From Patescibacteria group bacterium (GTDB lineage Bacteria; Patescibacteriota; WWE3; JAMCXX01; JBBTUG01): a stretch of DNA of 64,000 nt. The stretch lies in NCBI GenBank assembly GCA_038063895.1, contig JBBTUG010000006.1, forward strand, positions 6,701-70,700. The letters are read 5' to 3'. Shown piece after piece: positions 43,446-53,140 of this stretch. The translations under genes and the position numbers were made by a program. How positions within the stretch are numbered: position 1 is the stretch's first letter; every line of letters begins with the position of its first letter. The notes under the pieces are model-generated. The model ran no database searches, was not told the origin of the DNA, and saw only the letters and a program-made list of their open reading frames with translations.

Positions 43446-44510
43446 ATGTTTATTAAACCGGAAATCGAAAAATTCGCGAAAATTAAAGTAGTTGGAGTCG
43501 GCGGCGGGGGTGGAAATGCCGTTGCTTCAATGATTAATACCGGTCTCATTCAGGGGGTTGAGTTCGTTACGGTGAATACCGATAAACAGGCGCTGGCGGG
43601 AAATCCCGCCTTGGCAAAGGTTCAGATTGGCGAGGCGTTAACAAAAGGACTGGGGAGCGGCGGACAGCCGGATATCGGGCGAAAAGCGGCCGAGGAGAGC
43701 GCGGAGAAGTTGCAGGAAGTCCTTAAGGGCTGCGATATGGTTTTTATTACCGGCGGGATGGGCGGGGGAACGTGTACCGGGGCGGCCCCGGTTGTCGCCC
43801 GGATTGCGAAAGAGCAAGGAGCACTGACTGTCGGAGTCGTGACTCGTCCGTTTAATTTTGAAATGTCAAAGCGGGCTTCCCAAGCCGAGGAGGGAATTAA
43901 CCAACTGCGGGAAAAAGTCGATGCTTTAATTACAATTCCGAACCAAAAACTCCTGGATTTAGTTGACAAAAAAATGTCGATTATTGAAGCCTTCCGGATG
44001 GCTGATTCGGTTCTTGGCCAGGGAGTGCAGGGGATTTCCGATCTGATTGTTACGCCCGGACTAATAAACGTCGATTTTGCCGATGTCCGGACGATTATGA
44101 CGAATGCCGGCTCCGCATTAATGGGAATTGGAGAGGCCACCGGTGAAAACCGCGCGACTCTAGCCGCTAAAGCTGCTGTTTCTTCCCCGCTGCTGGAAGT
44201 TTCGATTGACGGAGCAACGGGGCTGTTGATAAATATCTTCGGAGGCAAGGATCTGACAATGCACGAAGTCGACGCCGCGGCCCGGATTATTTCCGAAGCC
44301 GCCGATCCGGAGGCGAACGTTATCTTCGGGGCGACGATCGACGAGAGTTTATCGGAAACGATGCGGGTGACCGTCATCGCGACGGGGTTTTCACTCGGAG
44401 CCGCGAAGGCGATTGAAAAGGCCGCACAGGAATCCTCCGACTCTCTGAAGAAAGAAAAAGAAGAAGATGACTTTTTTGAGATCCCGACATTTATCCGGCA
44501 GAAAAGATGA
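43446..44510 (+). CDS. ftsZ: Cell-division GTPase FtsZ
   Basis: '[14 protein letters not shown]' and the tubulin signature '[16 protein letters not shown]'. Confidence 0.9.
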   Translation: MFIKPEIEKFAKIKVVGVGGGGGNAVASMINTGLIQGVEFVTVNTDKQALAGNPALAKVQIGEALTKGLGSGGQPDIGRKAAEESAEKLQEVLKGCDMVFITGGMGGGTCTGAAPVVARIAKEQGALTVGVVTRPFNFEMSKRASQAEEGINQLREKVDALITIPNQKLLDLVDKKMSIIEAFRMADSVLGQGVQGISDLIVTPGLINVDFADVRTIMTNAGSALMGIGEATGENRATLAAKAAVSSPLLEVSIDGATGLLINIFGGKDLTMHEVDAAARIISEAADPEANVIFGATIDESLSETMRVTVIATGFSLGAAKAIEKAAQESSDSLKKEKEEDDFFEIPTFIRQKR

Positions 44511-45007
44511 ACAGTAAAAGCAGCGAAAAAATAATTTATCTCGGCATCGGCATCCTGTCCCTTTTTGGAATCCTCTTAACCGCTTTTCTAATTTTTAAAG
44601 CCAGCCGCCTTTCCGGTAATTCCGTCCCCGTCGTCGATTTTTCGAGTGAGCGGGTTTCCACGACTTCAGCCGACTCTCTGCAGGAGGCGTCCCTGAGCGC
44701 CCTCCTCACGCTTGATTTCGGGACCGCTTCAAAGGAAGCGGAAAGGCTGTCGACTTACAGCGGGATAATTGACAATAAGACGACGGCTCTGGACTTTTTA
44801 GCGCAGATTGCGAAAGAAAATAATTTTACTCTGGAGTGGATTGATCAGCCTTTCGGGGCATTTGTGAAGGCAATTTCCGGGATCGTGAATAAGCGGAGTT
44901 TACTTTGGATTTTTTACTATAACGGCCGCTCTGCCCCCATTTCCCCGGATAAACAAGTTCTCCGGGCGGGCGACAGTGTCGAGTTCCGCTACTCTCCGGC
45001 GAATTAA
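44507..45007 (+). CDS. Signal-anchored hypothetical protein (possible DUF4430-like C-terminal domain)
   Basis: N-terminal TM helix and C-terminal '[46 protein letters not shown]'. Confidence 0.35.
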   Translation: MNSKSSEKIIYLGIGILSLFGILLTAFLIFKASRLSGNSVPVVDFSSERVSTTSADSLQEASLSALLTLDFGTASKEAERLSTYSGIIDNKTTALDFLAQIAKENNFTLEWIDQPFGAFVKAISGIVNKRSLLWIFYYNGRSAPISPDKQVLRAGDSVEFRYSPAN

Positions 45008-45072
45008 TTACCCTCTGCCTTTTTGTTTTTTCCCGTGCACGTCGGGTTAAGTTTTGTTAATATTAGTCTGTT

Positions 45073-47952
45073 ATGAGCAAAATTGAAGCCGTTCCCGATT
45101 TTCCCCTGAATGAAAGAGAAACTCTTGCGGGTTGGAAAAAAGACGGAGTGGAAAAGAAATATTTAGCCAGAAATGAGTCTTCCCCGAAGCGGTTCCGGTT
45201 TATCGATGGCCCAATTACGGCTAATAACCCGATGGGGGTTCACCACGCCTGGGGCCGGACCTACAAAGATTTTTTCCAGCGTTATAAAAATATGCAGGGC
45301 TTTGCCCAGAGGTTCCAGAACGGTTTTGACTGCCAAGGTCTTTGGCTCGAGGTTGAAGAGGAAAAGAGCCGGGGCTTTAATTCGAAGAAAGACATTGAAA
45401 ATTTCGGCTTGGCTAACTTCAGCCATGCCTGCCGGGCCCGGGTCGAGAAATATTCCGCCATTCAAACTGAACAATCGCAGCGGCTGGGGATGTTTATGGA
45501 TTGGGGAAATTCGTATTATACGATGTCCGAGACGAACAACCTTTATATCTGGCACTTTTTAAAAAAATGCAATGAAAAAGGCTGGTTGTATAAAGGCGTG
45601 AACTCGATGCCCTGGTGCGTCCGCTGCGGCACGGCGATTTCCGCTCACGAACTCTCCGACGAAGGTTATAAAATAGTGGAACACGAATCAGTTTACGTGA
45701 AGTTTCCGTTAGTTTCGGACGATTCCAAATCCACGGCAACAAGTCTTCTAATTTGGACAACGACGCCTTGGACGCTTCTCGCCAATGTGGCCGTGGCCGT
45801 GAATCCCGATTATTCCTACGTTAAAATCAGAACGGAAAGCCGGCCGGAAGAGTTATTAATCGTAGCCGAAAACCGTCTTTCCGTAATCCCGGACGGCTAC
45901 CAGGTGCTTGAAAAAATCGCGGGGAAAGACCTGGTTGGGAAGACTTACCGTGGGCCTTTTGATGAACTAGGGGCGCAAAAAGAAGTGCAGCACCGGGTAA
46001 TTGACTGGCCGGAAGTTTCGGAAACGGAGGGAACGGGACTGGTGCACATCGCTCCCGGCGCCGGCGAGGAGGACTTTATATTAGGGAAAAAATTTAAACT
46101 CCCGGTTTTGGCGCCGCTTGATGAGTTTGGGATTTACTTGCCCGGTTACGGCGAATTTACCGGTAAGGATGCCCGCCGGATTAATGCCGAAGTGTTTGCT
46201 TCTCTGGAAGCGAAAAAATTCCTTTTTAAAACCGAAAAAATAAAACACAGTTATCCGCATTGCTGGCGGTGTAAGGAGCCGTTGGTTTTCCGGGTGACGG
46301 AGGAGTGGTTTATTAAGGTTGACCCGATTCGTCCTCTGCTAAAGCAGCTAACTGAAAAGATTGACTGGCGGCCGGATTACGTCGGGAAAAGGATGCAGGA
46401 TTGGTTGTTGAATATGAACGACTGGCCGATCTCCCGCCGGCGATATTGGGGGCTGGCGCTGCCGTTTTATGAATGTCCGAATAATCACTTAACTGTCGTC
46501 GGTTCGAAAGAAGAACTAAGACAGTTGGCGGTGGAGCCGGAAAAGGTTGACCACTTGCCGGAACTGCACCGGCCGTGGATTGATGAGATAAAAATTAAAT
46601 GTCCGCAGTGCGGGACGACAGTGGCCCGGGTGAGTTACGTCGGTGACTGCTGGCTGGACGCGGGGATCGTTTCCTTTTCGACTTTAAAGTACCTCGAGGA
46701 TAAAAGTTATTGGGAGAAATGGTTTCCGGCGGAAATGGTGACGGAATACGTGGCCCAGGTGAAACTTTGGTTTTACTCCCTACTTTTTATGGCCGCGACT
46801 CTTGAAGAAAGAGCGCCTTTTGAGAAAGTTTTTACCGACGGGTATGTGGTGGATGAAAAAGGGGAAGTGATGCATAAATCGAAAGGGAATGCGATCTGGT
46901 TTGACGAGGCGGTGGAGAAGATGGGGGCGGATATTATGCGCTGGGTTTATATGCGCGCCGATAATGCTAAGGATATAAGGTTCGGTTACGGCATTGGTGA
47001 CGAGGCCCGCCGGCGTTTTTTCCTGATTTTATGGAATAGCCTGAAGTTCGTGCTGGATAACCGGGAGGTTGACGGAGTGCCGGTAGGGAAGTTATCGCAG
47101 GGGGTTGGAAAATCACTGCCGGTCCTCGACCGCTGGATTCTATCCCGCCTCAACAGCACGCTAAAGCTGGTGACAGAGGCGAATGATGATTATCACCCCC
47201 AGCCCGGGGCGTTGGCGATTGAAGGTCTGGTAAATGACTTATCCACCTGGTATATAAGGCGCAGCCGCAACCGGGTCGGACCGGCGGCGGAAAATCAGGA
47301 GGATAAAGAGTCTTTTTACCAAACCGCTAATTCCGTTTTTTCGGTTCTGGTCAGGATGCTCTCTCCGTATACGCCTTTCTGGGTCGAGCGGATTTATAAA
47401 TACTTGGGCGGGGAAAAGCTCTCGGTTCATCTTGAAGACTGGCCGGTTGTAGAGGAACTACGGATTGATGCTGAGCTTGAAAAGGAAATGGCGTTAGTCC
47501 GGCAGATTTGCGAGGCGGGTCACGCGGCGCGGAAAGCCGCTAAAATTAAAGTCCGACAGCCACTTGCTTCGCTCGATGTCAAAGTTTCCACCAAAGGTGG
47601 ATCCGCCTTGGGCGGACAAAATTCAAGATTAATAATTTCTGAAGATATAAAAAAACTTGTACTGGCGGAGCTTAACGTGAAACAGCTGAAGTTTACCGAA
47701 GAGGCGGGTCTGAAAGAGATGACGGTGGAATATGATTTGAATATCACTCCTGAACTGAAAGCTGAGGGCGAGGCGCGGGAGCTGATCCGTTCTATTCAGG
47801 AGCTGCGGAAAGAAAAAGGCTGCCGGCTGACGGACAAGATTGTGGTTTCGGCGTCGGCCTGGCCGGAGGCTTTTGAAGCCCTAATTAAGCGGGAAACTTT
47901 AACGGCAGAACTAAAACAGTCCTCCGATCCTCTTTCCATCACAGTTTTATAA
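45073..47952 (+). CDS. ileS: Isoleucine--tRNA ligase (type 2-like; atypical HIGH region 'GVHHAWG', KMSKS as 'MHKSKGN')
   Basis: 'KDFFQRYKNMQGF', 'FDCQGLWLEVE', 'DWPISRRRYWGLALPFYEC' and a zinc-binding 'CPQCG'. 959 aa. Confidence 0.75.
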   Translation: MSKIEAVPDFPLNERETLAGWKKDGVEKKYLARNESSPKRFRFIDGPITANNPMGVHHAWGRTYKDFFQRYKNMQGFAQRFQNGFDCQGLWLEVEEEKSRGFNSKKDIENFGLANFSHACRARVEKYSAIQTEQSQRLGMFMDWGNSYYTMSETNNLYIWHFLKKCNEKGWLYKGVNSMPWCVRCGTAISAHELSDEGYKIVEHESVYVKFPLVSDDSKSTATSLLIWTTTPWTLLANVAVAVNPDYSYVKIRTESRPEELLIVAENRLSVIPDGYQVLEKIAGKDLVGKTYRGPFDELGAQKEVQHRVIDWPEVSETEGTGLVHIAPGAGEEDFILGKKFKLPVLAPLDEFGIYLPGYGEFTGKDARRINAEVFASLEAKKFLFKTEKIKHSYPHCWRCKEPLVFRVTEEWFIKVDPIRPLLKQLTEKIDWRPDYVGKRMQDWLLNMNDWPISRRRYWGLALPFYECPNNHLTVVGSKEELRQLAVEPEKVDHLPELHRPWIDEIKIKCPQCGTTVARVSYVGDCWLDAGIVSFSTLKYLEDKSYWEKWFPAEMVTEYVAQVKLWFYSLLFMAATLEERAPFEKVFTDGYVVDEKGEVMHKSKGNAIWFDEAVEKMGADIMRWVYMRADNAKDIRFGYGIGDEARRRFFLILWNSLKFVLDNREVDGVPVGKLSQGVGKSLPVLDRWILSRLNSTLKLVTEANDDYHPQPGALAIEGLVNDLSTWYIRRSRNRVGPAAENQEDKESFYQTANSVFSVLVRMLSPYTPFWVERIYKYLGGEKLSVHLEDWPVVEELRIDAELEKEMALVRQICEAGHAARKAAKIKVRQPLASLDVKVSTKGGSALGGQNSRLIISEDIKKLVLAELNVKQLKFTEEAGLKEMTVEYDLNITPELKAEGEARELIRSIQELRKEKGCRLTDKIVVSASAWPEAFEALIKRETLTAELKQSSDPLSITVL

Positions 47953-48213
47953 GCACACACATTTATATAGAGGAAACACTCTCGATTAGACTTACGCTTC
48001 GAGCCGAGGGCGAGAAGTTCTCGGCCTGACGGCCTCGAACGGTAACTTTTGGTCCAATCCAAGCGTGTTATGTGAGTAAGCGTGTTTGTCTTATTAATAT
48101 CAATACCAAAAACACCTTGCTATCGCGTGCGTATTTTGTATTGAACAAAAAAAGAAACGCGCACCTTTTTCGGGGTACGCGTTTGTAGAGATACTGATTC
48201 CCTGTTCACCATG

Positions 48214-48849
48214 TTACGTGGAAAACGGATTGGTGATGTTGAACCAGCCGTCAAAGGGATCATCAAAATCCGCAATGAGTACCGCCAAGCCACCAAATAG
48301 TACATTCCATCCGATTAAAACCACCACTGTGGTAATCGGGGTGAATTGCACCATCGCCACCAGTAGTGACGAAAAAAAATTGGTGGAAAATAAAGCTATC
48401 CACAGTGCGGTCGGAAGGCGCGTCGTCGCGATTGCGACCAGTTTTCGCCACCGGTCGACTAGCTCAAGACGCAACTCCGTCGGAGCATACCGGAAAGCTT
48501 CTTCAAAGCCCAATTCGGCTTCTCTCCGCCGGCCATAGAAAGCCTCGCCGAGGTTCGAAAGGCTCCTGCGCAGAGAGTTATCGTTTTTGACCCAACCCCC
48601 CTTGTCCGGAAGAATCATCGTTATAGCGTAGAACTCTTCCAGCTTTTCTCTCGTCCCCGCATGTTGGGAAAGGACGAGAAAAAGTAGGAGGCCGATGACA
48701 ATGCCGATGGGCGTAGCGACGATCGAAAAGAATCCGACCAGCGCTCCGGTATCGGAGCTAATGTCTACCATCGCCCGTAAAACTAATCCGGCCGCAGTTC
48801 CTCCTACCGTGGAAGCTACCGCCAGGACCTTAAGAGGAATGTCTCTCAT
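48214..48849 (-). CDS. Hypothetical 4-TM membrane protein (possibly DUF4239-like)
   Basis: Two N-terminal and two C-terminal hydrophobic helices with a central soluble region. Confidence 0.35.
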   Translation of the reverse strand: MRDIPLKVLAVASTVGGTAAGLVLRAMVDISSDTGALVGFFSIVATPIGIVIGLLLFLVLSQHAGTREKLEEFYAITMILPDKGGWVKNDNSLRRSLSNLGEAFYGRRREAELGFEEAFRYAPTELRLELVDRWRKLVAIATTRLPTALWIALFSTNFFSSLLVAMVQFTPITTVVVLIGWNVLFGGLAVLIADFDDPFDGWFNITNPFST

Positions 48850-48861
48850 TATTGTGCCTCC

Positions 48862-49146
48862 TTAGGACGGGGTGAAAATAAGCAAGCAGAGAGTGACTGT
48901 ACCGACGATGAGCAGCAGCCACTGCGCCCAGCGTCGACCTTTAATTCGGCTACGTTCCGACAGCCAAAAAGTTCCGGCTGTTATCAACCCGCAAGCAAGC
49001 CGGAAAGTCCAGTCACCCTTAAGTCCGATTGCCTGGATTACCCGTGCCGCAAAAACAGGGAACACAAACCCGGCGGCGACGAAAGCGATAACAAAAATAA
49101 CAGGTGCCACGAGTTCCCCAGCAACGCTCCACATCGATTTGCCCAT
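48862..49146 (-). CDS. Small hypothetical membrane protein (94 aa, 3 TM)
   Basis: Hydrophobic ORF immediately upstream of and co-oriented with 48214..48849. Confidence 0.3.
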   Translation of the reverse strand: MGKSMWSVAGELVAPVIFVIAFVAAGFVFPVFAARVIQAIGLKGDWTFRLACGLITAGTFWLSERSRIKGRRWAQWLLLIVGTVTLCLLIFTPS

Positions 49147-49254
49147 AATGCCTCCTTTAGTTGTTTGGTGCCTCTAATATTAAAACTGTATACATTATAG
49201 GACACTAGGTTCCTTTTGTCAAATGGCGGCTTCCTGTAGAATATATAGAGACAT

Positions 49255-50319
49255 ATGTTTAGTTTTTTAAAACGTTTCGATTGGGGATTATTTTTGGCCG
49301 GGGTGCTGTTGTCGGCTTTTGGTCTATTAGTGATATATTCCCTGTCTCCGGCTACGGCCAAGGAGCAGCTGATCTTTTTCGGAATCGGAATTGTTCTTTA
49401 CTTTTTCGCCGCCCTGCTCGATTACCACTACTTCACCAGTTTTTCCTTAATCCTCTATATTCTGATTTTGATCCTTGTCTCGGCCACTCATTTTTTAGGG
49501 GTTACCGTCTTCGGATCCTCCCGATGGCTTTCTGTAAGTGGAATAAATCTTCAGCCCTCAGAGTTATCAAAGTTAGCGGTGATCTTAGCCCTGGCCTCAT
49601 TTCTTTCCTCAGCCCGTTACCAAGCAAACTCCCTCGTTGCTTACCTTTCCTCCGCGCTAATAGTCCTTTTACCGGCGGCCGTCGTCTTTTTTCAGCCCGA
49701 TTTAGGGACGGCCCTAGTTATTCTGGCGATTTGGGTTGGGATGGTCTTTACCGCCGGCGTCAATTTTAAGTTTATTATGACTTCTCTCGGGTCGTTAGTT
49801 ATCCTCGCCATTCCTTTTTGGCTGGTCCTAAAAGACTATCAACGCAGCCGTTTTTTAACTTTTTTCAGTCCGACTTCCGATCCACTGGGAGCGGGCTATA
49901 ATGTGATTCAATCGATTATTGCTGTCGGGTCGGGGGGAATCTTCGGTCGAGGTTTCGGGCGTGGGACGCAGTCGCACCTTAAATTCCTGCCCGCTAGGCA
50001 CACCGATTTTATTTTCGCCAGCCTGTCGGAAGAGTGGGGTTTAATTGGCGGCTTGATTCTTCTTATCCTGTTTTTATTTTTAGCCTACCGGATAATTAAG
50101 ATTTTAGGCCAGGCGCCGGATAATTTAGGCCTGCTGATCGCCGCTGGGGTTCTCACGATGCTTTTTTTCCAAACGACAGTGAATATCGGGATGAACTTAG
50201 GCTTAATGCCGATTACCGGTATTCCTCTGCCACTTATCTCGTCGGGGGGCAGTTCCTTGGTTATGACCCTTTTTTGCCTGGGCTTAGTGCAGTCTATTGC
50301 TCTCCGAAGAAAGATATAG
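49255..50319 (+). CDS. rodA: SEDS-family protein RodA-like (second SEDS paralog)
   Basis: 'PDLGTALVILAIW' and 'GFGRGTQSHLKFLPARHTDFIFASLSEEWGLIGG'. A candidate promoter TTGTCA...TAGAAT lies at 49216-49242. Confidence 0.7.
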   Translation: MFSFLKRFDWGLFLAGVLLSAFGLLVIYSLSPATAKEQLIFFGIGIVLYFFAALLDYHYFTSFSLILYILILILVSATHFLGVTVFGSSRWLSVSGINLQPSELSKLAVILALASFLSSARYQANSLVAYLSSALIVLLPAAVVFFQPDLGTALVILAIWVGMVFTAGVNFKFIMTSLGSLVILAIPFWLVLKDYQRSRFLTFFSPTSDPLGAGYNVIQSIIAVGSGGIFGRGFGRGTQSHLKFLPARHTDFIFASLSEEWGLIGGLILLILFLFLAYRIIKILGQAPDNLGLLIAAGVLTMLFFQTTVNIGMNLGLMPITGIPLPLISSGGSSLVMTLFCLGLVQSIALRRKI

Positions 50320-50336
50320 TACTATAGCAAGAGCCT

Positions 50337-50741
50337 ATGGTTAAAAAAGCCGTAAAAACAACTAAAACAGTTAAAAAAGAGGTAAGAAAGGCCGTGGTCA
50401 AACTGGTTAAAAAGGCGCCGGCAAAGTCCGCCTGGGCAGTGGTTCCTCTTTCCGGGACGCAATTACGGGTTCACGAGGGCGATGTTTTCACCATCGACCG
50501 GGTCGGCCCGGAAGTTGGAAAGAGCTTTGAAGTAACTAAGGTTTACCTGGTCAACAACGGCACAGAGTTGAAAATCGGCCAGCCGGAAGTTGCGGGAGCG
50601 AAAGTCGTCTTTGAGGTTCTTGGAGACGAGCGGGGTGAAAAAATTGACGTTTTTAAATTTAAAGCCAAGGCTCGATACCGTAAACGCCACGGCCACCGTT
50701 CCGCTCTATCAAAAGTTAAAGTGATTAGTATTAGTGGCTGA
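50337..50741 (+). CDS. rplU: 50S ribosomal protein L21 (with a possible Lys-rich N-terminal extension)
   Basis: Core 'AVVPLSGTQLRVHEGDVFTIDRV...KFKAKARYRKRHGHR'. If the core starts at GTG (about 50430) the extension is absent. Confidence 0.8.
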   Translation: MVKKAVKTTKTVKKEVRKAVVKLVKKAPAKSAWAVVPLSGTQLRVHEGDVFTIDRVGPEVGKSFEVTKVYLVNNGTELKIGQPEVAGAKVVFEVLGDERGEKIDVFKFKAKARYRKRHGHRSALSKVKVISISG

Positions 50742-50754
50742 TTATTTTTAAACT

Positions 50755-51006
50755 ATGGCCCACAAAAAAGCCGGCGGGAGTAAAGCCCGACAAAAAAGTA
50801 ATAAAGAAGGAAAACGTTTAGGCGTAAAGCTTTTCGGCGGTCAGGTGATTAAGACCGGCCAGATAATTTTGCGCCAACACAGTGCGGTTTTTAAAGCCGG
50901 GGAGAATGTTGGGGTCGGCCGCGATTACACCATTTACGCTTTAAAAGACGGTGTTGTTAAGTTTACCCAAATCGCCGATAACCACAGCCGAGTCTCCGTA
51001 GTCTAA
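50755..51006 (+). CDS. rpmA: 50S ribosomal protein L27
   Basis: '[30 protein letters not shown]'. Confidence 0.9.
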   Translation: MAHKKAGGSKARQKSNKEGKRLGVKLFGGQVIKTGQIILRQHSAVFKAGENVGVGRDYTIYALKDGVVKFTQIADNHSRVSVV

Positions 51007-51032
51007 TTTATCCTTAACATCCGATAAAAAAA

Positions 51033-51068
51033 CACCCTAAAGGTCGGTGGAGGTTGACCTTCAGGGTG
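51033..51068 (+). repeat. 36-bp palindromic element, copy E (intergenic, at the rpmA 3' end; terminator-like)
   Basis: Arms 'caccctaaaggtc'/'gaccttcagggtg' with one mismatch and loop 'ggtggaggtt'. It is followed by 'taaatgttttt'. Confidence 0.75.
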
Positions 51069-51080
51069 TAAATGTTTTTC

Positions 51081-52406
51081 TCAACGATCCTCTCTCGGGC
51101 AGTCATCGAACGCAGGGTTCGAGCATACCGTCATCCGCCTTCCCATCTTCATTGGTGCGTGGCAGAACGGACACTGTCCAAGTCCCGTATTAACTTTCGG
51201 CGTCTTAATTCGTTGGCTGCCGACCGGAACGTAAGGAACCCCAAGATTCCACATCCCCGGCTGTGCAACTGACTTCGGACACAGGTGGTTCGCGAAAGCA
51301 AAGTCGCAGCCAGGGCATTGCCACTCTGAGGGGCGGGCAGGAAAGCCTTCCCGTTGATATTTCTGGTAAGTCGCAATCGCCAATTTCAGGCTGACCAGCG
51401 TTTCTTTCCAGAGCCGTGAATCGAAGGGAATGGGTATCTTTTCGAGGCGCATCGGATTGAGGGTTAGTCGGTGGACCCACAACGAAACGTTCTCCGCTTT
51501 AATCCCAAGTCCGGAAAAAGCCTGCATTGCCCAGCTGGCATACAGCGCTAATTGGAGCTGACAGTCCTGATGGTCCAGCTCGGAGTGGATATCGATGCCG
51601 GTCACTTTGTGGTCGATGATCCGGACCGAATACTGGCCGTCGTGCTCAGTGAGAATAACGAGATCAACGGCTCCGTTTAATCCCCATTTTTCTCCCTCAG
51701 TCATCGTGAGGCCGGTACCGGAAAGCAGCCAGTTGAGGTCAATAACCGGGAGACGCATCTCCGCGTCCCACCAGACCAGCTTCGTACCGCTGCGGGCTAA
51801 GGCTTCTCCGTAGGCTTTGACAGACACCATCTGGTGATGATGCCAAAGGAAACGGATAACCTGCTCCAGGTAGTAACGCATCGTCGGAATTTCCCAATCG
51901 TTTTGGGTGCCTATTCTGTGCCGGAAAAACTTTTCATCCGTAAACTTTCCTAAGATGTTGCTCAACCCCCACCGCGTCCGAAAAAATCCGACTTCGCTTA
52001 GTGACTTTTGTTCGGACAGCTGACGGGCGAGGTGGTAAACGGTACCGAAAGCGTTGCCCGGAGAGCTGGGTTGGCATGGATGTTCTTTCCGCAGCTGGTA
52101 GGCAAGCGGACAACCAAATCCCAGCATCTGAACCGCGAGCGTCGGGGTCATCCGGTTTGCCGGCCGGTGTTTTAATATCACCTCGCTGGTCGGTATGCAG
52201 TTTTCGCAAAGCCGTGATTTCGGCGCTTTCTTCCGAGGCAAGCCCGGTAAACTTTTTCCGGGTAAATAAAGGCGGCCGGTTCGTAAAGAGAAATTCCCAC
52301 AGCGGGCGCAAACCGCCGGGTGGTTCCAATTCCGGGATCTGACTAAAGCCGGCTTACGCATCGCTAAATGCGGCTGCATAAGCACCAGTTGTGTCGCTAA
52401 AGTCAT
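51081..52406 (-). CDS. PD-(D/E)xK (RecB/Cas4-like) nuclease family protein with Fe-S-type cysteine cluster
   Basis: 'GAVDLVILTEHDGQYSVRIIDHKVTG' supplies nuclease motifs II and III. 'QLQLALYA' is the RecB-family QhxxY motif. The N-terminus has 'CARCG' and the C-terminus 'CPGCDFAFANHLC'. Confidence 0.5.
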   Translation of the reverse strand: MTLATQLVLMQPHLAMRKPALVRSRNWNHPAVCARCGNFSLRTGRLYLPGKSLPGLPRKKAPKSRLCENCIPTSEVILKHRPANRMTPTLAVQMLGFGCPLAYQLRKEHPCQPSSPGNAFGTVYHLARQLSEQKSLSEVGFFRTRWGLSNILGKFTDEKFFRHRIGTQNDWEIPTMRYYLEQVIRFLWHHHQMVSVKAYGEALARSGTKLVWWDAEMRLPVIDLNWLLSGTGLTMTEGEKWGLNGAVDLVILTEHDGQYSVRIIDHKVTGIDIHSELDHQDCQLQLALYASWAMQAFSGLGIKAENVSLWVHRLTLNPMRLEKIPIPFDSRLWKETLVSLKLAIATYQKYQREGFPARPSEWQCPGCDFAFANHLCPKSVAQPGMWNLGVPYVPVGSQRIKTPKVNTGLGQCPFCHAPMKMGRRMTVCSNPAFDDCPREDR

Positions 52407-52437
52407 CTCACCTCCTTAACCCTTAAATTGTCGGGTG

Positions 52438-53016
52438 CTAATATTTTGCGTGAGCGATAAATGAAAAACTGTTTGGCGGCCAAAGGCGAACAAGACTGCG
52501 GCCGATAATTTCGCTTTTGGTTACCGCGCCCCATGTTCGGGAATCGGAGCTAACCGCGCGGTTATCACCGAAGACGACGTAGGAGTCCGCCGGGACCGTG
52601 TATTTCGTTTGATTTGGCATTGCGGTTTTACCTTCGGTGACCATTCCTGGTTCGAGATAGTCCTCTTTCAACTGGTAGCCTTGGGGATGGGTGGCATTAT
52701 AGATATAGACTTTTCCGTCACTAATCGTGACGCTCTCTCCCGGCAGACCGATCACTCTTTTAATGTAGTCGCGGTGTGGCGGCTCGGGAGATTTGAAAAT
52801 AATAACGTCGCCGCGTTGCGGATTTCTAAAGCGGTAAGTAACTTTATCGGTCAGGAGATATTCGCCATTTTTAAAATCCGGCAACATCGAGTTGCCGTAG
52901 ACCTCGTGCAACTGGGCAACAAAGACGTTCACGACGATAAAGAGCGCGAACGCCAAAACGACGGTTTCGAGGATATCGCTGATAAAGAGATAAAGGTCGT
53001 GAAATATTTTTTTCAT
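52438..53016 (-). CDS. lepB: Signal peptidase I
   Basis: 'YGNSMLPDF', 'RGDVIIFKSP', 'KRVIGLPGE' and 'VFGDNRAVSSDSR'. The start is trimmed to MKKIF to avoid the tRNA. Confidence 0.8.
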   Translation of the reverse strand: MKKIFHDLYLFISDILETVVLAFALFIVVNVFVAQLHEVYGNSMLPDFKNGEYLLTDKVTYRFRNPQRGDVIIFKSPEPPHRDYIKRVIGLPGESVTISDGKVYIYNATHPQGYQLKEDYLEPGMVTEGKTAMPNQTKYTVPADSYVVFGDNRAVSSDSRTWGAVTKSEIIGRSLVRLWPPNSFSFIAHAKY

Positions 53017-53020
53017 AGGC

Positions 53021-53097
53021 TTGGTGCGCATGCCTGGAATCGAACCAGGGACCTCTACGATGTGAACGTAGCGCTCTAACCATCTGAGCTACATGCG
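53021..53097 (-). tRNA. tRNA-Val (anticodon CAC), CCA encoded
   Basis: Reverse complement folds as a cloverleaf: acceptor GCGCATG/CATGCGC, D-arm GCTC-AGATGGTTA-GAGC, anticodon stem CTACG with loop TTCACAT, T-arm CCTGG-TTCGATT-CCAGG, discriminator A, then CCA. Confidence 0.85.
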
Positions 53098-53117
53098 CTT
53101 AAGAATAAATGGTGTCA

Positions 53118-53140
53118 ATGAAACAATGAAACGATGAAAC
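53118..53140 (+). repeat. Tandem 'ATGAAAC' octamer-spaced repeat (x3) forming overlapping mini-ORFs (MKQ, MKR, MKP...)
   Basis: 'atgaaacaatgaaacgatgaaacc'. Each TGA stop overlaps the next ATG (ATGA). Confidence 0.6.

Noticed and set aside
53017-53031. First 5 codons of the lepB ORF (MRTKP).
   Set aside because: They overlap the 3' end (CCA) of tRNA-Val. The start at MKKIF is preferred.
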